From IMG/VR virus record IMGVR_UViG_3300042482_001246: DNA of 19,899 nt. One strand, given 5' to 3'. Origin of the DNA: a virus. Taxonomy: Duplodnaviria > Heunggongvirae > Uroviricota > Caudoviricetes. Positions 1-9,109 of this stretch are shown piece by piece (position 1 is the first letter of the stretch; each line of letters starts with the position of its first letter). The position numbers and the translations under genes were made by a program. Under the pieces are notes generated by a model. The model had not been told where the DNA came from. It saw only the letters and a program-made list of their open reading frames with translations, and searched no databases.

Positions 1-1
1 C

Positions 2-829
2 TCCAACAACAAATTTAACACCGTCACTCGCAACGCTCCAAGTTGTACTTGATGCCAAAGCATTTCCGTTTGTAGAATTAGTCCAATTTAATCCATCCGT
101 ACTATACCCAAGTTTATTAATTGTTCCCGCAGCAACTATCAAAGGAGGTAGTGGTGCGGTTCCACTTGGTGTTTGTGTTGGGGTATAACTTGGTGTTGGT
201 GTATTAGTGTTAGTTGGTGTATTAGTTGGTGTATTTGTAGGTGTTTGAGTATTCGTAGGAGTATTTGTTGGTGTTTGAGTATTCGTAGGTGTATGTGAAG
301 GAGTATTGGTTGGGGTATTTGAATTTGTAGGAGTATTAGTATTTGTCGCAGTGTTAGTAGGAGTGTTTGTAGGCGTACTTGAATTTGTTGGGGTATTTGT
401 TGTAGTATTTGTTGGTGTAGTAGTTGTTGTAGGCGTTTGAGTATTTGTCGGTGTATTTGTCGGAGTATTTGTCGGAGTAGATGTCGGAGTATTTGTTGTA
501 GTATTAGTTGGTGTTACAGTTTGTGTATTTGTATTAGTCGGAGTGTTGGTATTTGTTGGGGTGTTTGTTGGTGTAGTAGTAGGTGTCGGTGTTGGAGTAG
601 GTGTAAAATATATTAAAGACGTTCCTGTAAGAACACAATTTGACGCATCCACAACTTTCAAAACATATTCATCTGAATTATCGTATGGTGATGGTATGTT
701 AAATGTATATGGTATCTCAGAAGTCGTAATTCTATCAATATAAAAACAGCCTGTCCCATCAAATTGACAGATGTAAACGTCATAAGGACTTGTTCCTGTT
801 AACCCATTTATTGTTACTTGAATTGCCAT
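2..829 (-). CDS. Thr/Pro-rich (mucin-like) putative virion protein with a C-terminal Asp-box/BNR-like repeat region; 3' end runs off the window
   Basis: Not in the ORF track. ATG at 829 overlaps the stop of the upstream gene (TAATG). Read by hand: [30 protein letters not shown]...LIYF, then about 146 aa of TPTN repeats, then [13 protein letters not shown]...[13 protein letters not shown]. The frame is open to the window edge (276 codons). Confidence 0.9.
   Translation of the reverse strand, partial: MAIQVTINGLTGTSPYDVYICQFDGTGCFYIDRITTSEIPYTFNIPSPYDNSDEYVLKVVDASNCVLTGTSLIYFTPTPTPTPTTTPTNTPTNTNTPTNTNTQTVTPTNTTTNTPTSTPTNTPTNTPTNTQTPTTTTTPTNTTTNTPTNSSTPTNTPTNTATNTNTPTNSNTPTNTPSHTPTNTQTPTNTPTNTQTPTNTPTNTPTNTNTPTPSYTPTQTPSGTAPLPPLIVAAGTINKLGYSTDGLNWTNSTNGNALASSTTWSVASDGVKFVVG
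167..604 (-). repeat. Low-complexity coding repeat (T-P-T-N/T)n, about 146 aa
   Basis: Imperfect 12-nt units such as ACTCCGACAAAT / ACACCAACTAAT / ACACCTACAAAT on the minus strand. Confidence 0.95.
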
Positions 830-3800
830 TAGTTACACTCAGTTATTGTTGATGGGGTTATGGAAATAATTCCGTCTACGATTGAAGTTACAGTATCGTT
901 TAGGTTTGTTGAAGGACATATGTCACAAGTTGTAACAGTATATGTTTTACTAGCAGATGTCTGACCTTGTGGTATACTAATAACCAAATTGGTGGTACCA
1001 TTTCCTAAACAGTCACTAGTTGATAACTCAATTGTTACCGTAACATTTGTAGGTGCCGGATATGGTGTTCCACCATTTCTTAGTGTAACCGTTACCTGAT
1101 TATCTTGTCTTGTATATCCACCACATTGGTCAGGTAAACCTGTTCTAAATATAGATTCGGATAATGTAACACATAACGCCAATGGTGACGGTGTTGGTGT
1201 TAAACCAGGTGTTTTAGTAACACCAGGTGTTTGAGTTATCAATACCACAGGGTTCGCTAAACAATCAACACAATTAGCATAAATGGTTGGTTTATTTAAA
1301 TTGAAATAATTTCCTGTGAAGTAAGTTAAAATTGTTTGACCTGCAGGGTAGTAATTCAAGAATTGTCCAACATAAGTCCAACATTCACCATTTACAGTTT
1401 GGAATGTTTGTCCTGTCATAATAGCAAAATTCGTAGGTTGAGTTTGCATTATTGTGGACTGAGGATAGTTAGACTGATTCAATGCACAAGTTTGGAATAC
1501 ATAAACAAAGTCTGCCGGTGATGCGGTAGGTGTCATAGTTGGGCTTGGAGTTATAGTTGGTGTCGGTGTGTTTGATGCTGTAACACTTGGTGTAGGTGTC
1601 AATGTGAATCTACAATCAGTGCAGTTAGCATAAAGTTGAACAATAGAATTAAGAACCGAGTTTGGTTGTGTATTACTATCGTTTCTATCATATGTTAAAC
1701 AGAATAGGTCACCATTCACGTATCCGCCAAAAGTTGTTCCAATTGAAATAGGTATTCCGTTAAATGTTAATGTGTCGGATACATAGAACTCAAGATTACT
1801 ATCACAATCTTTAAGAACTTTAGATGTTGGGCAAGTAAACGCCTCTTCAAAGAATGTATAAACTAATTGTCCACCAACTTCAACTGTTCTCGTAGGACTA
1901 ATCGTAGGAGTCAATGTTGGCGATGGTGTTGTTGGTGTATAAGCTGAGAATGAGAATGACATATCACCAGCACAAGTAGATGTTGACGGTGTTGGGGTTG
2001 GAGTTGATGGAATAGATGTAACACTAAATGTTACATTATCACAAGTAATCGATGGTGTTGGTGTTGGGAATGGTACAAAATCACAATCAAAATATGCCGT
2101 AAAATCTAAAGTGTTACAATTTACCGAAGAAGGTGTTGGTGTAGGACAAGGTCCTGTTGAGAAGTAATTAGACGATATGTCGGGACATATTGAATAACAA
2201 GGGTATGTCCCCTCTAATAAACAAGTTCCACCTAAAGAATTACTTAAACACCAAACATCACCAGTATGATAGATGTAACCTGTGGTGATACCGTCTCCTG
2301 TATAGTAGAGTCTTGAATTGTATGTTCCAGCAACTTCAAAATTACCACTATAACCTGAAAGGGTTGGATAGTTTGTTCTAAAACAAAATTCTGTGTATGG
2401 ACAAGAACTTGGTGTTGATGAAACTGTTGGTGTATTTGTTGGTGTTGGGTTTGGTGTTGGGGTTGGTGTAGGTGTTAAAACACAACTACTACAATCGCTA
2501 TATGATGGAACACCTAATGAAGGTCCACCTGGTCCTGAGAATTCAACAAATGAATAACAACTACCATTGTAAAGATATGTTGCACCCACAAAAGCAGTGT
2601 CAGTGTCAACTAAGGCGTAAAATATGGTACCATCACTACACTTAGTTAACAATGCAGAATCTTGAGGTCCTGTTCCTGTCGCAGTTGGCGTAGGTGTTGG
2701 TGTTCCTGTTGAAGTACTTGTTGGTGTTTGAGTTGGTGTCGGGGTGTTAGTCGCTGTTTGGCTATTGGTTGGTGTTACTGTAGGTGTTTGGCTATTGGTT
2801 GGTGTTACTGTAGGTGTTGGTGTCACACAAGGAACCGATATCAAACAAGTTGCACAATCGACTTGTAATGTGAACACAACTCCAACTGAGGAATAAAGAT
2901 TACCAACAGCTGAATATGGAACCACAGTTCCACAACCATTATATCCTGAACCACCAATTATACTATAAACCTGCCCAACTGTTAAAGTTCCTGGAACGTT
3001 TTCATATCGGTAATAATTACCGTAACAACAATCTTGAAATAAATAAATGTCATACGGTTCAGTTGACGTTGGTGTCGGTGTAGGGGTAGTTGTTGTGGTA
3101 TTTGTGGGTGTTTGAGTCGGAGTAGTTGTTGTGGTATTTGTAGGTGTTTGAGTTGGAGTATTAGTTGCCGTATTTGTAGGTGTTTGAGTCGGAGTATTAG
3201 TTGCCGTATTTGTAGGTGTTTGAGTCGGAGTAGTTGTTGTGGTATTTGTAGGTGTTTGAGTTGGAGTATTAGTTGCCGTATTTGTAGGTGTTTGAGTCGG
3301 AGTAGTTGTTGTGGTATTTGTAGGTGTTTGAGTTGGAGTATTAGTTGCCGTATTAGTTGGTGTTGGCGTTTGGCTTGCTGTTTGTGTAGGAGTTTGTGTC
3401 AATAATGACATACTACAACTTTCACAGTCACCATAAAGTATTTTACTAGCAGGTGTGTCGTCAGGTGTATTATAACTTAAACCATTATATGTATAACACC
3501 CATTTGGGACAATCGAGTTTTGAAAAACTATGTAGAAAACATCAAAAGGTGTTGGTAAACTTGGTCCCCAATCAATAGTATATGTTACAAACGTATCACA
3601 ATTAGTGATTGATACTATCGTATAACCTTCTGTTGGTGTTGGTGTCGGAGTGGGTGTATTAGTTGATGTCGGAGTTGGTGTTGCAGTTGGACATACAATT
3701 TCTTCTGTAGATAAACAAGACGCACAATTCGTACCCACACCATAAGAAGTAAACCCATCTAAAGGATAACTCCAATTGTATGTTGAGTATGTGTCAGGTT

Positions 3801-4209
3801 GTACAATTACTGTATAACAAGTATTTTCGGGATTAGACCCACCAGGACTATTAAGTGATAAATAAACAACCTCACCTAAAGTCCAAGATATAACACTGCC
3901 AGTATTAATCCTCCAATTAGCCCCACCACAACAAGGTTCCAAGTAATATTCAACATCAGAACAATATTCTACAGATGTTATTTGTCCTCCACCGCCAGTT
4001 ATAACATAAATAATTGTCCCATCATTTGGGTCTTGGTAAAACCCATCACTTGCAACTAAAGGACCACAAGTTAATCCATCGTATAAGATAGTCCCAACTT
4101 GTAACACGGGAGTTATACCATCATCAAATGAAAATGAATCTATAAGTGGTGCAGTGCACGCAGTTACTTTAGAAGTTAAACTGTAATTTAAGGTAAGACC
4201 ACTACACAT
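829..4209 (-). CDS. 1126-aa modular Cys-rich / Thr-Pro-rich putative virion surface protein
   Basis: Long ORF. Six ~60-80 aa modules ending in CxxC are separated by (TP)n linkers. No catalytic motif recognised. Coupled to the downstream gene via TAATG. Confidence 0.85.
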   Translation of the reverse strand: MCSGLTLNYSLTSKVTACTAPLIDSFSFDDGITPVLQVGTILYDGLTCGPLVASDGFYQDPNDGTIIYVITGGGGQITSVEYCSDVEYYLEPCCGGANWRINTGSVISWTLGEVVYLSLNSPGGSNPENTCYTVIVQPDTYSTYNWSYPLDGFTSYGVGTNCASCLSTEEIVCPTATPTPTSTNTPTPTPTPTEGYTIVSITNCDTFVTYTIDWGPSLPTPFDVFYIVFQNSIVPNGCYTYNGLSYNTPDDTPASKILYGDCESCSMSLLTQTPTQTASQTPTPTNTATNTPTQTPTNTTTTTPTQTPTNTATNTPTQTPTNTTTTTPTQTPTNTATNTPTQTPTNTATNTPTQTPTNTTTTTPTQTPTNTTTTTPTPTPTSTEPYDIYLFQDCCYGNYYRYENVPGTLTVGQVYSIIGGSGYNGCGTVVPYSAVGNLYSSVGVVFTLQVDCATCLISVPCVTPTPTVTPTNSQTPTVTPTNSQTATNTPTPTQTPTSTSTGTPTPTPTATGTGPQDSALLTKCSDGTIFYALVDTDTAFVGATYLYNGSCYSFVEFSGPGGPSLGVPSYSDCSSCVLTPTPTPTPNPTPTNTPTVSSTPSSCPYTEFCFRTNYPTLSGYSGNFEVAGTYNSRLYYTGDGITTGYIYHTGDVWCLSNSLGGTCLLEGTYPCYSICPDISSNYFSTGPCPTPTPSSVNCNTLDFTAYFDCDFVPFPTPTPSITCDNVTFSVTSIPSTPTPTPSTSTCAGDMSFSFSAYTPTTPSPTLTPTISPTRTVEVGGQLVYTFFEEAFTCPTSKVLKDCDSNLEFYVSDTLTFNGIPISIGTTFGGYVNGDLFCLTYDRNDSNTQPNSVLNSIVQLYANCTDCRFTLTPTPSVTASNTPTPTITPSPTMTPTASPADFVYVFQTCALNQSNYPQSTIMQTQPTNFAIMTGQTFQTVNGECWTYVGQFLNYYPAGQTILTYFTGNYFNLNKPTIYANCVDCLANPVVLITQTPGVTKTPGLTPTPSPLALCVTLSESIFRTGLPDQCGGYTRQDNQVTVTLRNGGTPYPAPTNVTVTIELSTSDCLGNGTTNLVISIPQGQTSASKTYTVTTCDICPSTNLNDTVTSIVDGIISITPSTITECN
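3088..3339 (-). repeat. 7 x 36-nt coding tandem repeat ([12 protein letters not shown] / [12 protein letters not shown])
   Basis: Two unit types in the order A-B-A-B-B-A-A; near-identical at DNA level. Confidence 0.95.
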
Positions 4210-4303
4210 TATTTTTTAAATACATTTGATATTATATCCATTAAGATATTCTTTGTCATTACACAATAAATAACAGGATGAATCATTTTTTTAAAAAAAA
4301 GAT

Positions 4304-4543
4304 ATGGTAGTTTATTCTATAATAAAGGTGTTGTTTGTAATATTTATAATTGTGAGACTAATAAAAACAATTAAGAAGGTTATTGAAGAGGCGGAGGACA
4401 GATATCTCTCAGCTTGTGATAATGGTGTGTCTTTAGAAGAATTGGATAAGTTAGAGGAAAATTATAAAAAATCCTTAAAGCTTATGAATATGTTAGAGTC
4501 AAAAAAACTCAACGAGGACACTCAGAAAAATAAGAAATTATAA
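4304..4543 (+). CDS. Small hypothetical protein (charged helical C-terminal part); true start may be GTG at 4352
   Basis: 79-aa ORF filling the gap between two minus-strand units. Its stop overlaps the kinase stop by 6 nt (convergent). TATTTATA at 4341-4348 lies just before the GTG at 4352. Confidence 0.6.
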   Translation: MVVYSIIKVLFVIFIIVRLIKTIKKVIEEAEDRYLSACDNGVSLEELDKLEENYKKSLKLMNMLESKKLNEDTQKNKKL

Positions 4544-5323
4544 CCCTCTCAAATATTCTGTATATTTCTTATCAGGTAAGGAAACACCCTTTTTATTTAC
4601 CACGTCAGAACAGACTTCATTCGCAAATAATATTGAACTTTTAATGTCATTTGTTTTAATAAAATGTGACACAAATGAAGCGACAAATGTATCACCAGCC
4701 CCACTAACATCAATAGTTTCTTGAGGTTTGGGTGAACCGAAAACCTGTCCCATATACATCGCACCTTTGGACCCTAAAGTCACAATAAATTTTTCATCGT
4801 GGTTATCAACAATTTCTTTATTATATGAATATTCAACCTCGTTTTGTTTAGTAAATGTAATATTACCGATAACATTTTCATTTAATTTTTTCTTGGTGTC
4901 CAAAATAGATATTTTTGATAAAACCCCAATTTGATTAATTAAATTTTCACTTACATAACCTTTATTATAGTCACTTATTATTACAATGTCAGATTCGGTA
5001 ATAGTTTTTCTTTGGTCAGGCGATAAAAATAATATTGTATCACAAGGTTCAAGTTCACCATCATCAACTCTTGTAATCATTTGATTACTTTTCTTTTCAA
5101 CATAACGAGTCTTTTCGATTTTGTTTAATTGATGCCAATGTAATACTTCACTATCAGGTAATAATGTTCTTAAATTTTCTACAACATTTCCCGCCATACC
5201 ATTGTTGGTTGTTGAATATAACGGATTTAAAACAGGGACTGGTGCCTCAGGACACAATCTCTTAATATCACAATACACAAATCGGTCAACACACAGTTCA
5301 CCTATCACTAAAATCTTTGCCAT
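4538..5323 (-). CDS. hldA: D-glycero-D-manno-heptose-7-phosphate kinase (stand-alone RfaE/HldE domain I, PfkB family)
   Basis: ILVIGELCVDRFVY..KRLCPEAPVPV matches the RfaE-I N-terminus; also KTRY, IISDYNKG, and the PfkB signature DVSGAGDTF. Confidence 0.88.
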   Translation of the reverse strand: MAKILVIGELCVDRFVYCDIKRLCPEAPVPVLNPLYSTTNNGMAGNVVENLRTLLPDSEVLHWHQLNKIEKTRYVEKKSNQMITRVDDGELEPCDTILFLSPDQRKTITESDIVIISDYNKGYVSENLINQIGVLSKISILDTKKKLNENVIGNITFTKQNEVEYSYNKEIVDNHDEKFIVTLGSKGAMYMGQVFGSPKPQETIDVSGAGDTFVASFVSHFIKTNDIKSSILFANEVCSDVVNKKGVSLPDKKYTEYLRGL

Positions 5324-5723
5324 AATTAATTATTTTTGTTGACGAATAACCGTCTAATTTATCGAAGTAAATTATATTTTTTGCGTTGTCCCCACCAATC
5401 ACTTTTTTATCTTTGTAATCAGAACCCACAACTAATATGTCGGTTTCCCAATTTAAAATGTGTTGTGATAAGTCAAAGTCACAATCAAAACTAACAACAC
5501 TTTCAACCCCATTTATTCTTGATAACTGATACATTCTATCAAGACAAGAATTGACAGGTCTTTGATTTCCTTTGAGTTCTTTAACTCTTCTATCGGTGTC
5601 AACACCAACCCTAAGTACACCTAAAGATGATGCGTATTCCAACATCTCTAAGTGACCTCTGTGTAAGACATCAAAGGTCCCATTAACCCAAACTTTTAAT
5701 GGTTCAGACTGTCTCCTCTCCAT
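5298..5723 (-). CDS. hldC: Heptose-1-phosphate nucleotidyltransferase (stand-alone RfaE/HldE domain II, cytidylyltransferase superfamily)
   Basis: NGTFDVLHRGH (HxGH), VGVDTD..VKELKG..RPVN, LVVGSDY, C-terminal GYSST; adjacent to the kinase. Confidence 0.85.
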   Translation of the reverse strand: MERRQSEPLKVWVNGTFDVLHRGHLEMLEYASSLGVLRVGVDTDRRVKELKGNQRPVNSCLDRMYQLSRINGVESVVSFDCDFDLSQHILNWETDILVVGSDYKDKKVIGGDNAKNIIYFDKLDGYSSTKIINYGKDFSDR

Positions 5724-6088
5724 ACTCGGTATGAATCTGAATCGTAGTGAGTGGTAGATACTTCATAGATTCTACCTTCGGTTAATGCAAACAATTGGTG
5801 TGGTTGACCAGGGTATTGTCTAACAGTGTCGCCCACCTTTAAAGTTTGTTGATGTAGTTCAGCAGTTTCAGTATCAATCCATTTGTATAGGAACTCCCCA
5901 CTTTCAACATACCAAGTTTCATCTTTAATCATATGATAATGCATTGAGAACTGAGCCCCCTCTTTGAAGACTAGTACTTTACCGCAATATTTTTCATTAT
6001 TCTCAAATATAATTTCGTGTCCCCATCCTTTAGGAACTTTACATTCAGAACATTCTTCTACATTATACACGAGTGGTTTTTCCATCAT
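5696..6088 (-). CDS. Cupin protein, mannose-6-phosphate-isomerase-like sugar isomerase
   Basis: KGWGHE..YCGKVL..FSMHYHMIKDETWYV (HxHx4E) and PGQPHQL: both cupin metal motifs intact. Confidence 0.8.
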   Translation of the reverse strand: MMEKPLVYNVEECSECKVPKGWGHEIIFENNEKYCGKVLVFKEGAQFSMHYHMIKDETWYVESGEFLYKWIDTETAELHQQTLKVGDTVRQYPGQPHQLFALTEGRIYEVSTTHYDSDSYRVWRGDSLNH

Positions 6089-6841
6089 TTAAAAATTTAA
6101 TACATCATAATTTAATTCTGAAATAAGATGGGTTAAATCTTTATCCGACTTAATCAAATCTTTCATTTCATCACTCAAATTTAATTCTTTATGTCTATGT
6201 TGTAAATTGTTATGTGTTGAGAATGAACTTCGTGAACCTCTAATTCCATTCAAACCATATCTATCCTTAACACCAAAAGTTTCAAAAATAAACCTTTCTC
6301 TAACCTCTTTATTATCAATCCAATCTTCAAATTTTAAATACGAAACTTTATTTTCAACACAAGCCATTGCGTGACTTTTCCATCTTTTAATAAATTCACC
6401 GTCTACTTTGAATAGGTGAGGTTCATTAGTATCCCATTTAGTAAAAATTGTTTCATTGTTTGACTTTATCCTTGATGATAGTAAATCATAAAAATTTCTT
6501 ATGAAACATATTCTACCCATATGCTCTATGTCATACTCTCCGTTCATTTCTAATGATAGTGGTCCTTTAAAAATTCTATCTTCATTAAATAAAGTATAAT
6601 CCCAAGGAGCATCCTCGTAGTTAACCATTATAGTATGAATATCATTCTTAAATTCTTTTAAGAATTTAAAACTCAACGGTATGTCGTGATTGGCCTCACC
6701 CAAGTGATAAAACTTAGTCCCTGTGGCATTAATCATTTTGTAGACCCATTCAACTTGAAATCCAACCAAATTTCTTATTACCCAATTTTTCATAGAATGG
6801 TGTCCCGACCTACTTAAACTCATTGTTTCATAAACTTTCAT
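6089..6841 (-). CDS. Sulfotransferase-like protein
   Basis: N-terminal SLSRSGHHSM resembles the 5'-PSB loop; IRNFYDLLSSR resembles the 3'-PB motif (RxPxDxxxS); LKFEDW resembles YEDL. Confidence 0.6.
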   Translation of the reverse strand: MKVYETMSLSRSGHHSMKNWVIRNLVGFQVEWVYKMINATGTKFYHLGEANHDIPLSFKFLKEFKNDIHTIMVNYEDAPWDYTLFNEDRIFKGPLSLEMNGEYDIEHMGRICFIRNFYDLLSSRIKSNNETIFTKWDTNEPHLFKVDGEFIKRWKSHAMACVENKVSYLKFEDWIDNKEVRERFIFETFGVKDRYGLNGIRGSRSSFSTHNNLQHRHKELNLSDEMKDLIKSDKDLTHLISELNYDVLNF

Positions 6842-6842
6842 A

Positions 6843-7664
6843 CTATTGTTCTAAATAATTTTTATAATCTTTAATACCCATCTCAAGGTTCCAAGTAGGT
6901 TTCCACCCACCCATCCATTTATTTGAGTCGCTACAAGTATAAAACTGATATCCAACAGGTATTTTATCCTCGTCAGTGTATTCGTATTTAATCCCCATAT
7001 TGTCCAAGACATCTTCAAAACCTCTCGCCTCTCCAAAACCAACTTCGTAATATTTTCCTTTCAATCTTTGGTAATTTCCGAGGGCAAATAAATTTGCAGA
7101 AACAACGTCCTTCACATATACAAAATCTCTTTGTGGTTTTTTAGGGAACAATAAAATTTCTTTACCTGTCCAAGCCCTCAAATGCATTTGATATGCAACT
7201 GAAGCCATTTTACCTTTTTGGTCTTCACCAGGTCCGTAAACATTAAAATATCTTAACGCAACCCCTCCATTTGAAATAACATATCCTTCGCCAGCGTATT
7301 TACTCCATCCGTATAGATTTGAAGGGTATTCATTATTAATACCATAATTTGCTGCTGATGATGAATAAATCATCGGACAATCATTTTCTTTACACCAATC
7401 CATAATGATTTTTGTTGACTCGTAATTTCTTGTCATCATATAATCAACATCTTGTTCTAAAGTATCCGAACAGGCACCTACGTGAAAAACAACATCAGGA
7501 TTAATTTCATTTAACTGTATTAACAATACTTTTGTCCAATTTTCTTGTGAAAAATAACTTTCATCTAAACCGTAGACATCATACCCATTCTTTTTTAATT
7601 CATTTAATAGTGAGCGACCAATGAATCCTTTGTGTCCTGTAACAATAACTTTTTTCATATACAT
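6843..7664 (-). CDS. hldD: ADP-L-glycero-D-manno-heptose-6-epimerase (extended SDR)
   Basis: IVTGHKGFIG, FHVGACSDT, NYESTK, YSSSAANYG, YGWSK (YxxxK), LRYFNVYGPGE..KGKMASV, RDFVYVKDV: HldD/RfaD-specific segments. Start is ATG 7664 or 7658. Confidence 0.88.
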   Translation of the reverse strand: MYMKKVIVTGHKGFIGRSLLNELKKNGYDVYGLDESYFSQENWTKVLLIQLNEINPDVVFHVGACSDTLEQDVDYMMTRNYESTKIIMDWCKENDCPMIYSSSAANYGINNEYPSNLYGWSKYAGEGYVISNGGVALRYFNVYGPGEDQKGKMASVAYQMHLRAWTGKEILLFPKKPQRDFVYVKDVVSANLFALGNYQRLKGKYYEVGFGEARGFEDVLDNMGIKYEYTDEDKIPVGYQFYTCSDSNKWMGGWKPTWNLEMGIKDYKNYLEQ

Positions 7665-7692
7665 TTGAATTATTACAATAATAAATTACCTT
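7665..7692 (+). promoter_or_regulatory. Possible sigma70-like promoter for the SET gene
   Basis: TTGAAT-N16-TACCTT, the same geometry as the pair at 14850-14882. AT-rich DNA makes a chance match plausible. Confidence 0.25.
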
Positions 7693-7710
7693 TGAATAAA
7701 AGAATATAGT

Positions 7711-8112
7711 ATGTCATTCAGAATTAATACGCCAACAAAAATTTATGTAGATAAATCTCCTATTCACGGATGGGGAGTCTTCGCGAGTGAGGACATTAAC
7801 GAAGGAGAGTTAATTGAAGAGGTCCCTGTTTTGACATTACCAATTAACAAAGGTGAAGTTTCAGGACTGTTATTAGATTATCGGTTTAATTGGCCTCAAG
7901 GGGTTGAGTGGGAAGAACAAGTTGTTGGTTTAGGTTTTTCTAGTTTGTATAATCATAGTGAAACCGCAAACGCTTATTGGATATCTGACTCAGATAAAAA
8001 AACCTTCAAATTCATATCACACCGAAATATATCTGCAGGTGAAGAAATATTCATTTGGTATGGTGATGTGAGTTATTGGAACGACGGTAGAAGTGAAATT
8101 AAAATAAAATAA
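7711..8112 (+). CDS. Minimal SET-domain protein-lysine methyltransferase
   Basis: SPIHGWGVFA (motif I), SLYNHS..ANA (NHS motif), ISAGEEIFIWYG (ELxxxY motif); 133 aa with no pre- or post-SET region. Confidence 0.92.
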   Translation: MSFRINTPTKIYVDKSPIHGWGVFASEDINEGELIEEVPVLTLPINKGEVSGLLLDYRFNWPQGVEWEEQVVGLGFSSLYNHSETANAYWISDSDKKTFKFISHRNISAGEEIFIWYGDVSYWNDGRSEIKIK

Positions 8113-8128
8113 TTTTTTATTTGGGTTA

Positions 8129-9109
8129 TTAATAACCCAAATAAATTAAATTTCTATCAATATCTTTAAATAAATTTGATAAATCATACTCACCATTATT
8201 ATCTACCATCGATATACTTTTAACAGATAAAGAGTCTAAACCAATATCAATAATTTTATTTTTATTCAATTGATATTCTTTAACCACACCGTCAACATTA
8301 ATTTTAATATTTTGTGATTCAAGAAAATCATAAAAATAAAATCTAAGATTAGATGAGACATCTTTTTCAACTTTTTCGTCACCTTCAGATACCCAACAAG
8401 TTGTTGGTTGGTTTTTACTAATATACATTTTATAATTAGGATTCATAGAATAATTGAAAAATCCTCTGTCACCCCAATAATATATTTTATCTCTCACGGG
8501 TGTTTTAGATATATTAATTGGGAATAATTGTGTCCACAACAACGCCTGTCCTTCAGCAACTCCATCCCATTTTAAATAATCATCTAATTTTATGACATCA
8601 ACAATCTTACTCATTATTTCTCTATCAAATATCATAAAATGTAATGTACAATCCCACCAATCATCTTCTTTGTTTGGGTTTATTCTTGGGTGAACTAAAT
8701 TAGTTACGTCAGATTTTATTGTATCAATAACATATTGGTCTATCTCCAAATCATATATTATATGATAAAAATAATCGTAATCATAACTGAGAGCAATTTG
8801 ACTCATTTTCTTTATTTGATATAACCCAGCCCAACCATAATCCGCAACATTTCTATGCATAGTTATCCAACCCTCACTTGAATAATGTGTCTGCCAAAAT
8901 GTAAAACCTCGTAAAGGCCAATTTAATAATGGATTTTCTTTAGTGAAAAACACAAAATCAGAAATTTCTATAATTTCATTAGGTAATGTTATTGGACTAA
9001 TCACTAAAGTATCTAATCCTAAACTTTTCAACACTTTAATGTTTTCACTTAAAATGTTAATTTTTTCTTGTGTATCGCAATAAGAACTTATTAAAACTAT
9101 TTTTTTCAT
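8129..9109 (-). CDS. Uncharacterised putative glycosyltransferase-like protein (paralog of 12641-13627)
   Basis: Shares the N-terminal LI[ST][SA]YC, F[FY][TD]K[EK]N.LL.W and HI[IE]YD segments with 12641-13627. The GT call rests on the hhxYD (DxD-like) position and on context. Confidence 0.5.
   Translation of the reverse strand: MKKIVLISSYCDTQEKINILSENIKVLKSLGLDTLVISPITLPNEIIEISDFVFFTKENPLLNWPLRGFTFWQTHYSSEGWITMHRNVADYGWAGLYQIKKMSQIALSYDYDYFYHIIYDLEIDQYVIDTIKSDVTNLVHPRINPNKEDDWWDCTLHFMIFDREIMSKIVDVIKLDDYLKWDGVAEGQALLWTQLFPINISKTPVRDKIYYWGDRGFFNYSMNPNYKMYISKNQPTTCWVSEGDEKVEKDVSSNLRFYFYDFLESQNIKINVDGVVKEYQLNKNKIIDIGLDSLSVKSISMVDNNGEYDLSNLFKDIDRNLIYLGY

Noticed and set aside
543-743. Plus-strand ORFs 543-743, 1336-1521 and 3112-3405
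   Set aside because: Antisense shadows of the Thr/Pro-rich genes; their composition simply mirrors the repeats.
3088-3339. 36-nt direct repeats as a CRISPR array
   Set aside because: The units are contiguous with no unique spacers, are in-frame coding, and no cas genes are present.
2-4209. Eukaryotic mucin or fungal cell-wall gene origin for the TP-rich proteins
   Set aside because: No introns, TAATG translational coupling, and neighbouring operons with a bacterial-type terminator.
4278-4310. 10-codon upstream ORF with a T7-A8 run that could frameshift into the 79-aa gene
   Set aside because: Homopolymers are common in this AT-rich DNA, there is no supporting stimulator structure, and the start of the downstream gene is itself uncertain.
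5298-5723. Glycerol-3-phosphate cytidylyltransferase (TagD) as the function
   Set aside because: Same superfamily, but the KG..RPVN segment and adjacency to the heptose kinase and HldD favour the heptose nucleotidyltransferase; not fully excluded.
6843-6845. Stop-codon reassignment (TAG), as in some large phages
   Set aside because: Genes are full length and tightly packed under the standard code, and hldD ends at a TAG 1 nt before the next ATG.
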